A DNA stretch of 64,000 nucleotides, from assembly GCA_963717505.1 (NCBI GenBank), contig OY970342.1:3232001-3296000 (forward strand), read 5' to 3'. This document shows, piece by piece, positions 20,064-30,863 of this stretch (within the stretch, counting starts at the first letter, position 1; every line of letters starts with the position of its first letter). The notes under the pieces are model-generated. The model did no database searches, had not been told where the DNA came from, and was given only the letters and a program-made list of their open reading frames with translations. The translations under genes and the position numbers were made by a program. The DNA is from Candidatus Eiseniibacteriota bacterium (GTDB taxonomy: Bacteria; Eisenbacteria; RBG-16-71-46).

Positions 20064-23000
20064 GGCAGCCCCCGGATCTCGAACAGCGGCTCGAGCAGAC
20101 TCGGATCCTTGCGCCGCCATCGCGTCTGTTCGAGTGGTCCGCACACCGGGCGGAAATCGCACAGGGCGCATGCGCCGTCCTCGGGAGCGGGCGGCAAGCA
20201 GCCGGTGCGCACCGCCTGCGCCACCAGGTCGAGCGCCTGACCGGCCTGCATGCGCTGGAAGGGCCCGAGCGGAATGTCGTGGCGGGTGAAACCGCCGCGG
20301 CGCGTGCAGAAGTCGAGCTGCGCGCGCTCGACCTCGCGCCCGAACATCTGCTCCGCCGCCAGCGCGTAGAGCGTCGGCTGCAGCAGAGTGCCCCCGGCCA
20401 CCGTGCTGCCTGGCTTGTGCCGGTTGCCGCCGGTTTTGTAGTCGGTGATCCGCAGGGCCGGTCCATCGGTCCGTGCTTCGACCAGGTCGATCGCGCCGTG
20501 GAGCCGCCAGCCGCCGTGGATGGTCGCGGTCTCCCGGCGACCGGCCGCTTCGTCCGCCGGCGCCCCCAGCCCGAACGTGTATTCGACGTGCAGGGGAATC
20601 CACTCCGCATGCCGCTCGGCAAGGCCATGCAACCACTGCCGGAGGTCGGCACGAATCGCACGGATCTCGTCTTCCCAGACTCGCGGGATGGCCGGGGCCA
20701 GCTCGTCACGCCAGACCGACTCGACGCGTTCGACCACGCGCTCGACCACCGCGTCCGCGGCGGCCAGCGTCGCCGAAGTCAATGGAATCAGAGAGTCGCG
20801 CTGCAGTTCGCGGACGATGTTCGCGAGCATCTCGTGGATCATGCTGCCCCGGGTCAGGGCGTCCATCTCGATCAGCGCCACCTTGTCCTCTCGTGGCTCG
20901 AGACGATGGAGGGTTGCCAGCAGGAACTGATACGGACAACGCGCGTAGCGCTCGAGGCTGGTGACCGAATAGGCGCGTTGACCCGGTTGCTGGGCCGCAA
21001 GGGCCGCCGAAGTTCGATCGGCCGCGCGCACGATGCCGTCCGCCGGATGCCAGCGCGGCCGACTGCGCGCCCAGCGCGATCGGAGCGAGCGGGCGAGGTG
21101 CGCGCTGACCTCGAACAGGTAGCGCCCGCGACCGCGCACTTCGGATCGTCCGGCGCCCTCGAGCAGCGGGCCGAGTACCGCGAGATCGTGCTCGATCGGG
21201 TCGAGCGCGCGCGCGGGATCCGCGGGCGCCGGCCAGGCGAGACGGGCCGCACCGGCCGCCGCCGCGTCGCGGCCCAACCGGCCCGGGTCGGGCAGCTCGC
21301 CGTGAAGCGCGCGCAGCACGTCGAGACCGTAGAAGGAGGGAACCCGCGGGCGACCTTCCCCGCCCTCGATCCTCGGATACGAGAGCACGAGCCTCTGCTC
21401 CACGGCTCCGAGCACCAGGCGCAACAGGAGGCGCTCGCGGTGCGCGCGGACGTTGCGCGTGGCGAGTGTGATGCCGGTGGCTTCCAGGATCGCGGCGCGC
21501 GGTGCGTCGAGCAACATCGGGTCTTCCGTGGGACGCTCGGGGAACATTCGTTCCGCGAGCCCTGGCACGAAGACGATCTCGAAGCTGCGTCCGCGGGCCG
21601 AGGCCGGCGTGCCGACGAAGACGCTGCCGCCCCGGTGCGGTGGCGGCTCGCTTTCGAGCGAAGCCAGGCGCGGGGCGAGCACGATGCGGACTTCGTCGAT
21701 TCCGACCGGCCCGACCGCCGACATCGGCCGCATCTCGGCGAGCGTGCGCAGCACATGATCGGGAACGCGCAGCGCCATCGACGCGAGCGCCTCGAGTGCG
21801 GCGAGCCACTCGCCCCAGGGCGCGCGAGACGGCAGCGCGTCGAGTGCCGCGATCAGCGGGCCGGCGAAGCGCATGAGGTGGCCGAGATTGAGGAGATCGC
21901 GCTCGAGCGAGAGCAGCCGCGATGAGCCGGGCTCATCGGCCTCGACTCGCGCGCGTCGGACACGCAGCTCCGCTTCGAGTCCGCGCAGACGGCGCTCCCA
22001 CCGGTCGCGACCGCCGATCACCGCGGCATCGACCAGCAGCTCCTCCCACTTCCACGGCGTCCGGAGCGCTCCGCCGAGCACGGGACGCTGATCCGAATCC
22101 GGAGGCTCGGGTGCGGCGGGCGGCGCGTCGAAGTCGAACGCCAGCTGCGCCGGGCCGTCCGGAAGGGCGGACGCGGCAGTCAGGGTTTCTTCAGTCGGTG
22201 CCCGCCACGAAGGGGCGGCATGCGGCCCGCCGTCCGCCGCCAACTCCGGCACCTGAGAGAAGGACAAGTACTCGGCGAAACGCTGGGCGGACAAACCTTC
22301 GGCGCGGCAGGCGAGCAGTGCCAGAAATGCACGGCCGGCCGGATCCGGACGACGGGTGCCGCGCGCGAAGTGGGCGGAAATCCCGGCGCGACGAAATGCG
22401 TTCTCCAGGTGATCCACGTACTCGGCGGGTGAGCGAACGAATACCGCCATGCGATCGAAACGGGTGCCGCCGTTCGCCGCATCCAGGATGCGGCGGGCGA
22501 TCTCGACGCATTCGCGCGACTCGCCGGGCGCCGAGAACAGTTCCACCGTGTCGCCCGCGTCTCCGGCCGGTGGCGCCGAAGAGAACAGGAACCGGCGCAA
22601 ACGCGGCAACGGATCCTCTCCGGGCTCGTCTCCTTCGATCCACTCGTCGACACCCAGGCGGCGTAATGCCTCGAGCGCCTCGTCATCGCCGGCCGGGACC
22701 ACCGCCAGCGCCGCCGGCGAGCGACCGAGCAGTGCCTGCAACAGGTCGGCTTCGCGCCGGCTCGGAATCGGCAGGTCGAGCAGGACGACCGGCAGCGATC
22801 CGAGGGGCGCACCATCCCGTAGTGCCGCGATCGCCAGTTCGGTGCGCGCCGACCGGTCGGCGAGACGAACACGCGCCAGCTCATCGTCGAACGCGGTCAA
22901 CGCCTCCGCGACTTCGGGCGCCTGGGCGTGGACCAGAGCGCTCGCCGGCAGGTTCTGCATACGAATCTCGTCGAGGGTGGCCGCGAGCGCACGAGGAAAA

Positions 23001-23344
23001 CCGGGGAAGCTCGAAACTCGCGAGAAGCGCCCGAGTACACCCCGCCGCCCGACTTCGAACGCGGCACGCGCCGCCACCGCTTCGGCCGCCAGACCGGTCA
23101 AAGGGGCGAGTCCGCGACTGGCCAGCGCGCCCGCCGCCAGCGTCATGGTCAGCTGTCCCGGGCTCAGCCTGCGGATCCCGAACGACGCGGTTCCGTCTCG
23201 GGTCAGCTCGTGGACCAGCTCGTCGGCCGCATCGCGCGCCGCGGACAGCAGCAGAAGCTCCGAGCCCTGGGTCTGCGCGCCAACGAAAGAGCGCACCTCA
23301 TCGAGACGCCGACGGGCCGAAGCAGAAACGAACACGCGCAGCAT
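20060..23344 (-). CDS. addB: AddB-like inactive helicase / PD-(D/E)XK nuclease subunit
   Basis: SVTSLERYARCPYQF, GAIDLVE, ITDYKTG, LQPTLYA, CALCDFRPVC (4-Cys Fe-S staple); translationally coupled to addA. Confidence 0.85.
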   Translation of the reverse strand: MLRVFVSASARRRLDEVRSFVGAQTQGSELLLLSAARDAADELVHELTRDGTASFGIRRLSPGQLTMTLAAGALASRGLAPLTGLAAEAVAARAAFEVGRRGVLGRFSRVSSFPGFPRALAATLDEIRMQNLPASALVHAQAPEVAEALTAFDDELARVRLADRSARTELAIAALRDGAPLGSLPVVLLDLPIPSRREADLLQALLGRSPAALAVVPAGDDEALEALRRLGVDEWIEGDEPGEDPLPRLRRFLFSSAPPAGDAGDTVELFSAPGESRECVEIARRILDAANGGTRFDRMAVFVRSPAEYVDHLENAFRRAGISAHFARGTRRPDPAGRAFLALLACRAEGLSAQRFAEYLSFSQVPELAADGGPHAAPSWRAPTEETLTAASALPDGPAQLAFDFDAPPAAPEPPDSDQRPVLGGALRTPWKWEELLVDAAVIGGRDRWERRLRGLEAELRVRRARVEADEPGSSRLLSLERDLLNLGHLMRFAGPLIAALDALPSRAPWGEWLAALEALASMALRVPDHVLRTLAEMRPMSAVGPVGIDEVRIVLAPRLASLESEPPPHRGGSVFVGTPASARGRSFEIVFVPGLAERMFPERPTEDPMLLDAPRAAILEATGITLATRNVRAHRERLLLRLVLGAVEQRLVLSYPRIEGGEGRPRVPSFYGLDVLRALHGELPDPGRLGRDAAAAGAARLAWPAPADPARALDPIEHDLAVLGPLLEGAGRSEVRGRGRYLFEVSAHLARSLRSRWARSRPRWHPADGIVRAADRTSAALAAQQPGQRAYSVTSLERYARCPYQFLLATLHRLEPREDKVALIEMDALTRGSMIHEMLANIVRELQRDSLIPLTSATLAAADAVVERVVERVESVWRDELAPAIPRVWEDEIRAIRADLRQWLHGLAERHAEWIPLHVEYTFGLGAPADEAAGRRETATIHGGWRLHGAIDLVEARTDGPALRITDYKTGGNRHKPGSTVAGGTLLQPTLYALAAEQMFGREVERAQLDFCTRRGGFTRHDIPLGPFQRMQAGQALDLVAQAVRTGCLPPAPEDGACALCDFRPVCGPLEQTRWRRKDPSLLEPLFEIRGLP

Positions 23345-23381
23345 GCACGCATGCTATCGCGGTCGGGGGAGATGGGCGAGG

Positions 23382-24476
23382 CTACTCGTCCGCGGGGACT
23401 TCCCGATCGAGCTCGAGGGGTCGCTGGATGCGAGCTTCGAGCCACCGACCGAGAGCCAAGAGTTCCGCGGGATCGTGCAGGGCGCTGGCCACCATCTTCC
23501 TGCGGCCGTCCCCGTGGATCAACAGCGTGTAGCGCGAGTCGCCGTCGCTGTCCCGGTCGTGCGTGATCCGTATCACTCCGACCGTGATCTCCCTCGACCA
23601 CTCGTGGCGCAGGACCCGCCGAACGAACGCCACCGATCCGGGTCGCACCCGGATCTCGGAGGTGCCGAGACCGAAGAACGCGATCAGCGAGGCGCCGACC
23701 AGAATCGGGATCACGCCCAGGAGCCGGAGCAGGGTTTCACCCGCGGTGGCGTCCAAGCCGATCCCAGCGGCCATGATCGAGCCTCCAGCGACCATCAGGG
23801 CGCCGCCTACGTTCCACGCGACCATCGCGCGCAGGCGCAGGCGATCGGGCGTCGTGGTCAGGACGTGCGTGCCACCGGAGCCAATCATCGTGTGCCAGCC
23901 ATCGGGCAGCTCGGTCGCGGACGTGGCCGGCCTGCGACCCGGAATATCGGTACGCAGCGCGGTCTTGAGCGCGCGACGCTCGACGGGAGTTCCGAGTCTC
24001 GTGATCTCGATGCTGCCGCGCTCCAGCGCGACCGTCAGAGACTGATGGGGAGGGGGCTCGCGGAAGCCCAGGATCCGGTCCGCCGGAATCTCGCGCCTGG
24101 ACAGAAATGGCCCGATGCGGCGGATCAAGACCAGTCCACCGCCGTCCCATTGGATTTCGTCCGACGACCAGAGCAGGCGCAGGGTCTCGCGCGCGGCCAT
24201 GATGCCGCCAAGCGTCCAGAAGGTGACCCACACGACCAGAAAGAGCACGGCCGCGATCGAGAACCCTGCATCGACCTTGAGCGGAATCGCGGGGAGAGAA
24301 ACCCATCCCGCAGGCAGATGACTCAGGCCGATCGCGATCAGCGAACCCAGTGCAAAGGTCTCGCCCACTGCCCAGCCACAGAGCCAAACGACCAAGAACC
24401 CCGCCTGGAAGAAGCGTCCGGCGCCCGCGGCTCGAAACCGCGCCACCCGGCGCCCGTTCTCCAACTCGTATGCCAT
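23382..24476 (-). CDS. Hypothetical membrane protein
   Basis: Two TM hairpins each followed by beta-rich segments; likely start MAYELENG at 24476. Confidence 0.6.
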   Translation of the reverse strand: MAYELENGRRVARFRAAGAGRFFQAGFLVVWLCGWAVGETFALGSLIAIGLSHLPAGWVSLPAIPLKVDAGFSIAAVLFLVVWVTFWTLGGIMAARETLRLLWSSDEIQWDGGGLVLIRRIGPFLSRREIPADRILGFREPPPHQSLTVALERGSIEITRLGTPVERRALKTALRTDIPGRRPATSATELPDGWHTMIGSGGTHVLTTTPDRLRLRAMVAWNVGGALMVAGGSIMAAGIGLDATAGETLLRLLGVIPILVGASLIAFFGLGTSEIRVRPGSVAFVRRVLRHEWSREITVGVIRITHDRDSDGDSRYTLLIHGDGRRKMVASALHDPAELLALGRWLEARIQRPLELDREVPADE

Positions 24477-24650
24477 GGCGGCGTTATCGGCCCTGCAATG
24501 CGCTCCCACCACCGGGCGAAGGCACTTTCGGGATTGTTTCCGGCCCCGGTCCGGCGCACCATGGGGAACGAGTCTTCGGCCGACCCCGGGGGCCCCGCAA
24601 CGAGCCCCGGGCCGGAAGGCGCGTTCGCCCCTCAACCTGAGGAGGAGGCC

Positions 24651-25088
24651 ATGAGCCGAGTCGCGGACATCCTCGCGAGCAAAGGCTCGCAGGTTCATTC
24701 CACGAGCCCCGAGACCAGCGTCTACCAGGCCATCGCAACCATGGTCCAGCACAACCTGGGATCTCTGCTCGTCCTGCGCGGCGACACCATTGTCGGCATC
24801 TTCACCGAGCGAGACCATCTGCGCCGGGTGACCCTGCAGGACCTGGATCCTCATCGGACCCGTGTACGCGAGGTCATGACCGAGAAGGTGATCGTGGTCG
24901 ATCGCCAGTCCAGCATCGACGAGTGCATGCGGATCATGACGCGGGACCGGATTCGACACCTGCCGGTGGTCGAGCGGGACATGGTAGTCGGAATGATCTC
25001 GATCGGGGACGTGGTCCGACTGATGTCCGAGGTCCAGGCGGTCGAAATCCGGTCCCTGACCGAGTACATCACCGGGGCTCAGGGGTAG
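24651..25088 (+). CDS. CBS-domain pair protein
   Basis: GIFTERD, VREVMT, IRHLPVV, SIGDVV; strong GAGGAGG RBS. Confidence 0.92.
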   Translation: MSRVADILASKGSQVHSTSPETSVYQAIATMVQHNLGSLLVLRGDTIVGIFTERDHLRRVTLQDLDPHRTRVREVMTEKVIVVDRQSSIDECMRIMTRDRIRHLPVVERDMVVGMISIGDVVRLMSEVQAVEIRSLTEYITGAQG

Positions 25089-25229
25089 GCTCGCTATCCC
25101 GAGTCGGCCGAAAGGGTTCGGGCCCGGGCCCGAGGACCGGATTTCGCCCGGTCCAACGCCGACTTTGGGCCGCTTGCACGCCCGATTCCGGCGTTGGTCG
25201 CCTCCGAGAGGGCCGGGCGCGGCTTTCAC

Positions 25230-25259
25230 TGGACAGGGGGGCCGGCGACACGCTATCGT
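25230..25259 (+). promoter_or_regulatory. Candidate sigma70 promoter upstream of the priming glycosyltransferase
   Basis: TGGACA-18 nt-TATCGT. Confidence 0.35.
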
Positions 25260-25372
25260 GCTCATCACCCGCAAGTAGTTGATCCGCGCGGCTTGGGCCG
25301 CCCCGCAAGGTTCCCAGCACAGCGCACGCTTAGGTAATCCCGCTCTTCCCGCATAGGGAAGAGGAGGCGTGC

Positions 25373-26158
25373 TTGTCGTCAGGACTTTGGTGGGAGTTGC
25401 GCCTTCCCGCTCGTGAAGAAGTAGCAGATCATTCCCGACCGATCGCCAAGCTGGCGCCGCGGGCTACGGTCGCCTCCCGTGAGCGTCGCCGTCCCGAACG
25501 GCTCGACGCGGCCCGTTTTCGTCACACCCGCCGCGAACGCTGGGTGACCCCTTGGTGCATGTCGCGCACCAAGCGAGTGCTCGACATTCTCGGCGCGCTG
25601 GTTCTCCTGATCCCGCTTTCGCCGTTGATGCTGGTGATCGCGGTTGCGATCAAGCTCGACAGTCCGGGACCGATCATCTTTCGCCAGTATCGCACCGGAC
25701 TCGCGGGTCGGCGCTTCCGCATGTACAAGTTCCGCAGCATGGGGCGTGACGCCGAGGCGTTGAAAGCCTCGCTGCGAAAGCTCAGCCATCACGGCCCCGA
25801 TTCGCCGGACTTCAAGATCCGGCAGGACCCGCGGGTCACCCGCGTGGGTCGTTTCCTGCGCCGTTCGAGCCTCGACGAGCTGCCGAATCTGTTCAGCGTA
25901 TTGGTCGGCGACATGAGTCTGGTCGGTCCGCGACCGACGTCCTTCGACGTCGACAAGTACTCGGATCATCACCTCGACCGGTTGGCCGTGCCTCCGGGAA
26001 TCACCGGTCTCTGGCAGATCTCGGGACGAAGCGACATCAACTTCGACGATCGGGTCCGGCTCGACTGCCGGTACATTCACCACCAATCGTTCTTGCTCGA
26101 CCTCAAGATCCTCGTGCTGACTCCGTTCCGCGCATTTGCGGGGCGGGGTGCTTGCTAG
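25373..26158 (+). CDS. Priming sugar transferase (polyprenyl glycosylphosphotransferase, catalytic domain only)
   Basis: [57 protein letters not shown]; TTG start after GAGGAGG. Confidence 0.93.
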   Translation: MSSGLWWELRLPAREEVADHSRPIAKLAPRATVASRERRRPERLDAARFRHTRRERWVTPWCMSRTKRVLDILGALVLLIPLSPLMLVIAVAIKLDSPGPIIFRQYRTGLAGRRFRMYKFRSMGRDAEALKASLRKLSHHGPDSPDFKIRQDPRVTRVGRFLRRSSLDELPNLFSVLVGDMSLVGPRPTSFDVDKYSDHHLDRLAVPPGITGLWQISGRSDINFDDRVRLDCRYIHHQSFLLDLKILVLTPFRAFAGRGAC

Positions 26159-27717
26159 ACCGAAACCCGGCGATTTCGTTGCGGACGACATTCGCCTGCG
26201 CATGGCTGCTCCTGGCTCTGGGGCCGGGGGCAGCTCTGGCGTCCGACCTCCTGGACGCCGGCTATCGCGACTTCCACCTCGGCCCGCTCGCCAACAGCGC
26301 GCCGACCCGTGAAAAGGCCGAGAGCAAGCTCTGGTATCACGACGGCATCTGGTGGGGCGTGCTGTGGAGCCCGGTCGGCGACCGCTTCGAGATCCACCGC
26401 TTCTACACGGCGACCCAGGACTGGACGAGCACCGGAACCGCGGTCGACGAACGCCGGCCGAGCAAGGCCGACGTGCTGTGGACCGGTCAGCACCTGTACA
26501 TCGCCTCCCACCCGTTCAGCACGCTGGCCGCTCCGGCAACCCCCGCGAACTCCGGTCGCTTGTACCGCTTTGCCTATGACGGCCCGAGCCAGAGCTATGC
26601 GCTCGATCCGGGTTTCCCGGTCAACGTCAATGCGTCGATCTCGGAGACGCTGGTGTTCGACCAGGATTCTTCCGGCCGGCTGTGGGTCTGCTGGACCGAG
26701 GCTGGAAGGGTCTGGGTCAACTGTTCGGTCGACGGTGATTCGATCTGGGGAACTCCGTTCGAGCTTCCTGGCCAGGTGGCCACCGCTTCGTCGGACGACA
26801 TCTCATCGCTCATCGCCTTTGGCGGCGACCGGATCGGCGTCTTCTGGTCCAACGAGCTGGAACACCGCAACCGGTTCGCCGTGCACCTCGATTCCGATCC
26901 ACCCGAGGTCTGGCAGCCGAGCGAGAGTGTGTCCCCGGACACCACCGTTCAACTCCTGAGCGACGACCACATCAATCTCAAGACGCACGCGGGCTACGTG
27001 TATGCAGTGGTCAAGACGCAGGTCCAGGTCGGGCCCGAACCGCTGATCCTGCTCAATCGCCGCGATCCCGACGGGAATTGGACCTACCACACGGTCGGGG
27101 CCAAGAGCGAGGACCACACGCGGCCGATCGTGCTCCTGGATCCCGAGCAGCAACTGGTCCACGTGCTCGCCACCACGATCGTCTCCGGGCGGAGCGTGAT
27201 CGTCCGCAAGAGCACGAGCCTCGAAACGCTGGTGTTTCCGCAGGGACGGGGCCAGCCGTTCATCGACAGCCCCGCCGACTCCTTCGTCAACAACATCACC
27301 TCGACCAAACAGAATCTCACCCATTCGTCCGGACTGCTCGCGATCGCATGCGACCCGATCACGCGCTACTACTTCCACAACTTCCTGGCCACGCCACCGA
27401 CCGCCGGTGTTGCCACCGGTTCGTCCCCGCGCGGGCCTCGGATCGCGAGCCTCGATGCGGCGCGGCCGAGTCCGTTTCGCGAATCGACAAACCTGATGTT
27501 CAACCTCGAGCAGGCGGCCCACGTCGAGCTCGGCATCTACGATCTGGCCGGGCGTCGCATCCGGACGCTGCTGGACGGAGATCTGCCGTTGGGCGCCCAT
27601 CACCGGCGTTGGGACGGCGACACCGATGCGGGAAGCCCGGTGCCCGCCGGGGTCTACTTCGCGCGCATCGACGCCGGCGGCGTGCGCGACTGGTGCCGGA
27701 TGGTTCGGATCCGCTAG
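26152..27717 (+). CDS. Secreted propeller-like protein with FlgD-Ig-like C-terminal domain
   Basis: Signal peptide (ALA-S); ~385-aa Trp-rich domain paralogous to the N-terminus of the giant protein; C-terminal PSPFR...YDLAGRRIRTL...WDGDTD...GVYF. Confidence 0.8.
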   Translation: MLDRNPAISLRTTFACAWLLLALGPGAALASDLLDAGYRDFHLGPLANSAPTREKAESKLWYHDGIWWGVLWSPVGDRFEIHRFYTATQDWTSTGTAVDERRPSKADVLWTGQHLYIASHPFSTLAAPATPANSGRLYRFAYDGPSQSYALDPGFPVNVNASISETLVFDQDSSGRLWVCWTEAGRVWVNCSVDGDSIWGTPFELPGQVATASSDDISSLIAFGGDRIGVFWSNELEHRNRFAVHLDSDPPEVWQPSESVSPDTTVQLLSDDHINLKTHAGYVYAVVKTQVQVGPEPLILLNRRDPDGNWTYHTVGAKSEDHTRPIVLLDPEQQLVHVLATTIVSGRSVIVRKSTSLETLVFPQGRGQPFIDSPADSFVNNITSTKQNLTHSSGLLAIACDPITRYYFHNFLATPPTAGVATGSSPRGPRIASLDAARPSPFRESTNLMFNLEQAAHVELGIYDLAGRRIRTLLDGDLPLGAHHRRWDGDTDAGSPVPAGVYFARIDAGGVRDWCRMVRIR

Positions 27718-28934
27718 CTGCGGCCGAACTTTCGCGTCAAGCGGCGCGCAATGACCGGCAGTTCCGCGAGCCAGGGGCCGGGATCGTCGGGCGAGAAGGT
27801 GTCGACCGGAACCCGGGGATCCAGTAGTCCGAGAGCACCCGCGACCCCTTCCCACCGGCTCGGATACGACAGGTAGGGAACCGCCCGCTGCCGGCGCAGG
27901 ACGGAGGCGATCCAGATCAGGTCGAGCGGCAGATTGCGGGCACGAACCCCGACCCGATAGTCGAGTTGCGGCGGCACGTTCGGCGCTGGCGGGCCGTTGC
28001 GGTAGAGCTCGGCGAGCAGGCGGGGGAAATCCACGCCACTCAGCACCGCGAGCGGCAGCGATCCCCATACCCGGCCGTTGACCTCCATGAGCTGCGGACC
28101 GGAAGCTCCTACTTTGAACTCGACCATCGCGAGACCGGTCCAACGAATCGCCCCCAGGAGTCGAACCGTGGCGTCGTACATCTTGGGATCAAGTGGCACG
28201 CTCTCGCGCAACGCGCTCGGGCCCCCGGTCACCGGAACCTCGTGGAGACGCCGGTGCTGGAACGCGGCCAGAGGCCGGCCTTCGTGCATCAGGATGCCGA
28301 CCCCATGCCCGACACCCGGGCAATACTCCTGAACCAGGATGTCGACATCGCCGACCTGGGCGCGCAGGCGAGTTGCCAGTTCCTCGGAGTCGCGCGCGTA
28401 AGAGACTTCGAAGGACTCGATCGATCCCTGGCTGCGAAACACCCGCGAGTACCTCGGCTTGAGCACGACCGGCCATCCGAGTCCCTGGATGTTGGGCGCA
28501 CCGTCGCGAATCCCGACCACCTGGGTGCGCGGTGCCGGAATCCCGAGTCGGCCAGCCAGCTCGATCGTCTTGTGCTTGTCGAGGACCACCTCGAGCTGAT
28601 CGGCGTCGGGAACCGCGAGGCGGCATTTCGCGGGCAGCCGGTCGCGGTGGCGGGACAAAGGCAGGATCACGGCATCGGTCACCGGGATCACCAGGTCCAC
28701 GGCCGACCGCGTCACGAAATCCCGGACCGCCTCGTAGAACGCCTCCGGGTTCGTGGCCGGCGCCGGGTACACGAAAGTTTCGGCCACGTGGCGGGAGTGG
28801 AAGCCGGGGCTTTCGGTCTCCGAGTCGGCTGCGATGACGCGCCACCCGGCCTGCCCGAGTGAGCGAATGATCGCCACGGCGCTGCCGCGGCCGGCGTCGG
28901 TCACCAGCACGACGGGCGGAGCGGACTGAGTCAC
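27714..28934 (-). CDS. ATP-grasp carboxylate-amine ligase
   Basis: LDKHKT, WPVVLKPR, LVQEYCPG, MVEFK, LMEVNGRVWGS, GVDFP. Confidence 0.88.
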   Translation of the reverse strand: MTQSAPPVVLVTDAGRGSAVAIIRSLGQAGWRVIAADSETESPGFHSRHVAETFVYPAPATNPEAFYEAVRDFVTRSAVDLVIPVTDAVILPLSRHRDRLPAKCRLAVPDADQLEVVLDKHKTIELAGRLGIPAPRTQVVGIRDGAPNIQGLGWPVVLKPRYSRVFRSQGSIESFEVSYARDSEELATRLRAQVGDVDILVQEYCPGVGHGVGILMHEGRPLAAFQHRRLHEVPVTGGPSALRESVPLDPKMYDATVRLLGAIRWTGLAMVEFKVGASGPQLMEVNGRVWGSLPLAVLSGVDFPRLLAELYRNGPPAPNVPPQLDYRVGVRARNLPLDLIWIASVLRRQRAVPYLSYPSRWEGVAGALGLLDPRVPVDTFSPDDPGPWLAELPVIARRLTRKFGRS

Positions 28935-29636
28935 CTAGCTGCCGCCCTTCGTGTGCGGCGAACGCGTCATGATCAGTTCCACGACTCGAGACAATACCGC
29001 CTCGCGCGGTTGCGTGGCGTCTACCATCGCGAAATTCGGACACACGTCGCGCAGCTGCAGGTACTCCTCTCGGCGGCGAGCGACCGCCTCGAACGTGCCC
29101 TCGGGCTTTCGCTGCCACAGCACTTCGGGCGGCGCGTCGAGGAGAATTACCAAATCGGGGCGCGGGTAACACTTCTCGAGCAGGACGCCGTGGATCCGTC
29201 GCGCCAACGATCGTTCCCGGCGCGAGGTCCCGACGATGTCGTGAGCGTAGTAGTCGGTCCAGAAGTGGCGATCGAAGAGGACCACGCGACCACGAATCAT
29301 GTGATACCAGGCGAGCGATTGGCGGTACCACTCTTCGGCGAGTCGGCTCGCGAGGCCCGCCATCGACTTGAGGGAGCGCAACGCCTGGCGCACTGCACCG
29401 CGCGGCGGCGGCGCCTCGCGCGACGGATCGGGCGGGCCGCCCGGGGGAGGCCCGCTGCGGTTCCGCTTGAAGGCGTTCACCAGGCGTGTCGTCGGCAGCA
29501 TGACGTTGCTGGCATCGGGATTCACGCCCATGTAGAGATACGTGACCGGCACCGGCAGGCGCTTCACGACCTCCCGGCAAATAGTGGTCTTCCCGGCGCC
29601 ATCCGCGCCGATCAACGCCACCGTGAATCCGCTCAT
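28935..29636 (-). CDS. Thymidylate-kinase-like P-loop kinase
   Basis: ALIGADGAGKTT, LFDRHF, PRPDLVILLDAPPEVL..RKPE. Confidence 0.8.
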   Translation of the reverse strand: MSGFTVALIGADGAGKTTICREVVKRLPVPVTYLYMGVNPDASNVMLPTTRLVNAFKRNRSGPPPGGPPDPSREAPPPRGAVRQALRSLKSMAGLASRLAEEWYRQSLAWYHMIRGRVVLFDRHFWTDYYAHDIVGTSRRERSLARRIHGVLLEKCYPRPDLVILLDAPPEVLWQRKPEGTFEAVARRREEYLQLRDVCPNFAMVDATQPREAVLSRVVELIMTRSPHTKGGS

Positions 29637-30832
29637 GCGGCGCTCCGCGTGACCACGGCCGACAGAACCTGGTCCAACTTCTCGGCGCTGCGATCCCAGA
29701 CGAAATGGCGCTCGACGTAGGCGCGTCCCGACCGATCCGGCGTCGGATCGCGTCTAGCCGCCAACAGGCGGTCCACCAAATGGCCGGCAAACGCGTCGGC
29801 GGTGTCGGCGACCGCGAGCGGCGGCTGTTCGCCCTCCTCGGTGCGCAAACCGTCGGCGGCCAAGGACGAAGCGACCACCGGCAGTCCCATGGCCATCGCC
29901 TCGAGCAGTTTGTTCTGGATGCCGGCGGCGAAGCGGAGCGGAGCGGCGAACACCGCCGCTTCCTCGAGGTACGGACGAACGTCGGGGACGAAACCGGTCA
30001 CGGTCACCCCAGGGTGATTCCCGAGTCGGACCAGGTCGGGCGGCGCATCGCGACCGACGATCAGCAATCGAGCTTCGGGGACTCGCTGCCGGACCCGAGG
30101 AAAGATCTCCGCAATCAATTGGTGCGCCGCGTCGCGATTGGGCGCGTAGTCCATGGCTCCGGTCATGACGATGGCGTCGGTGCCCAGGCGGGGAGAACGC
30201 CGCGTCCAGTACTCCAGGTCGACCCCGTTCGGGACGATGGTCGCGCGCGGATCGCGGGGGCGCATCAAGGCGTCGCGATCACGCGAGGTCGCAAACAGCA
30301 GGTGCTCGGCATCGTGAATCAGGCGACGCTCGGCGTCGCGCACGGTCATGTATTCCGCCCATAGCGCCATTCGGCGCAACCAACCGGAGTGGGGCATTCG
30401 GCCGCGAATCCGGACCGAGGTCGCGTCGCACAGGTCGACTACGATCGGCACCCCCCGCAGGCCGGCGATCGCCGGATAGGTGCGCCTCCCGCTGAACACC
30501 ACCGCATCGACCGATCCTTCCCCCAAGCAGCGGCGCACTTCGGCCTGCATGTCGCGCACCGGCGCGTCGGCGAGCGCGGTCGGGAGCAGCGCCTTCAGGG
30601 AGGTCAGCGCTCGGCGGGATGCGGTCCGGGCATCCGCCGCATTGCCGAAGGTCTTGATCCGCCGGGTGAAGGGCTCGAGAGCCTCGGCATGGCCGGCTTC
30701 GAAGGTTCGGCCGACCACGGACAACAAGGTGATTTCGTGCCGGCGCGAGAGGCCGCGAATCAGGAAGTAGTGCCTCAGGTAGCCGCTGGTCAGCGGGAAC
30801 GGAAATCCATTGGTCAGGTAGAGGATTCTCAT
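29633..30832 (-). CDS. Glycosyltransferase family 4
   Basis: PNGVD, GAMDYAPN, TGFVPDVRPYL, GIQNKLLEAMAMGLPVV. Confidence 0.92.
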   Translation of the reverse strand: MRILYLTNGFPFPLTSGYLRHYFLIRGLSRRHEITLLSVVGRTFEAGHAEALEPFTRRIKTFGNAADARTASRRALTSLKALLPTALADAPVRDMQAEVRRCLGEGSVDAVVFSGRRTYPAIAGLRGVPIVVDLCDATSVRIRGRMPHSGWLRRMALWAEYMTVRDAERRLIHDAEHLLFATSRDRDALMRPRDPRATIVPNGVDLEYWTRRSPRLGTDAIVMTGAMDYAPNRDAAHQLIAEIFPRVRQRVPEARLLIVGRDAPPDLVRLGNHPGVTVTGFVPDVRPYLEEAAVFAAPLRFAAGIQNKLLEAMAMGLPVVASSLAADGLRTEEGEQPPLAVADTADAFAGHLVDRLLAARRDPTPDRSGRAYVERHFVWDRSAEKLDQVLSAVVTRSAA

Positions 30833-30863
30833 CGAACCTCGCGCGTCGTCCCCCCCTCGGGGA

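Noticed and set aside
16548-23344. Anti-phage helicase-nuclease system or Cas4
   Set aside because: Size, motif layout and coupling match housekeeping AddAB-type recombination enzymes.
22449-25088. 879-aa plus-strand ORF
   Set aside because: It is antisense to addB and a membrane protein gene. Only the last 145 aa (CBS pair, with its own RBS) are credible.
25118-25133. Perfect 16-bp palindrome TCGGGCCCGGGCCCGA after the CBS gene
   Set aside because: It is low-complexity GC sequence with no U-tract and no second copy noticed, so a function cannot be supported.
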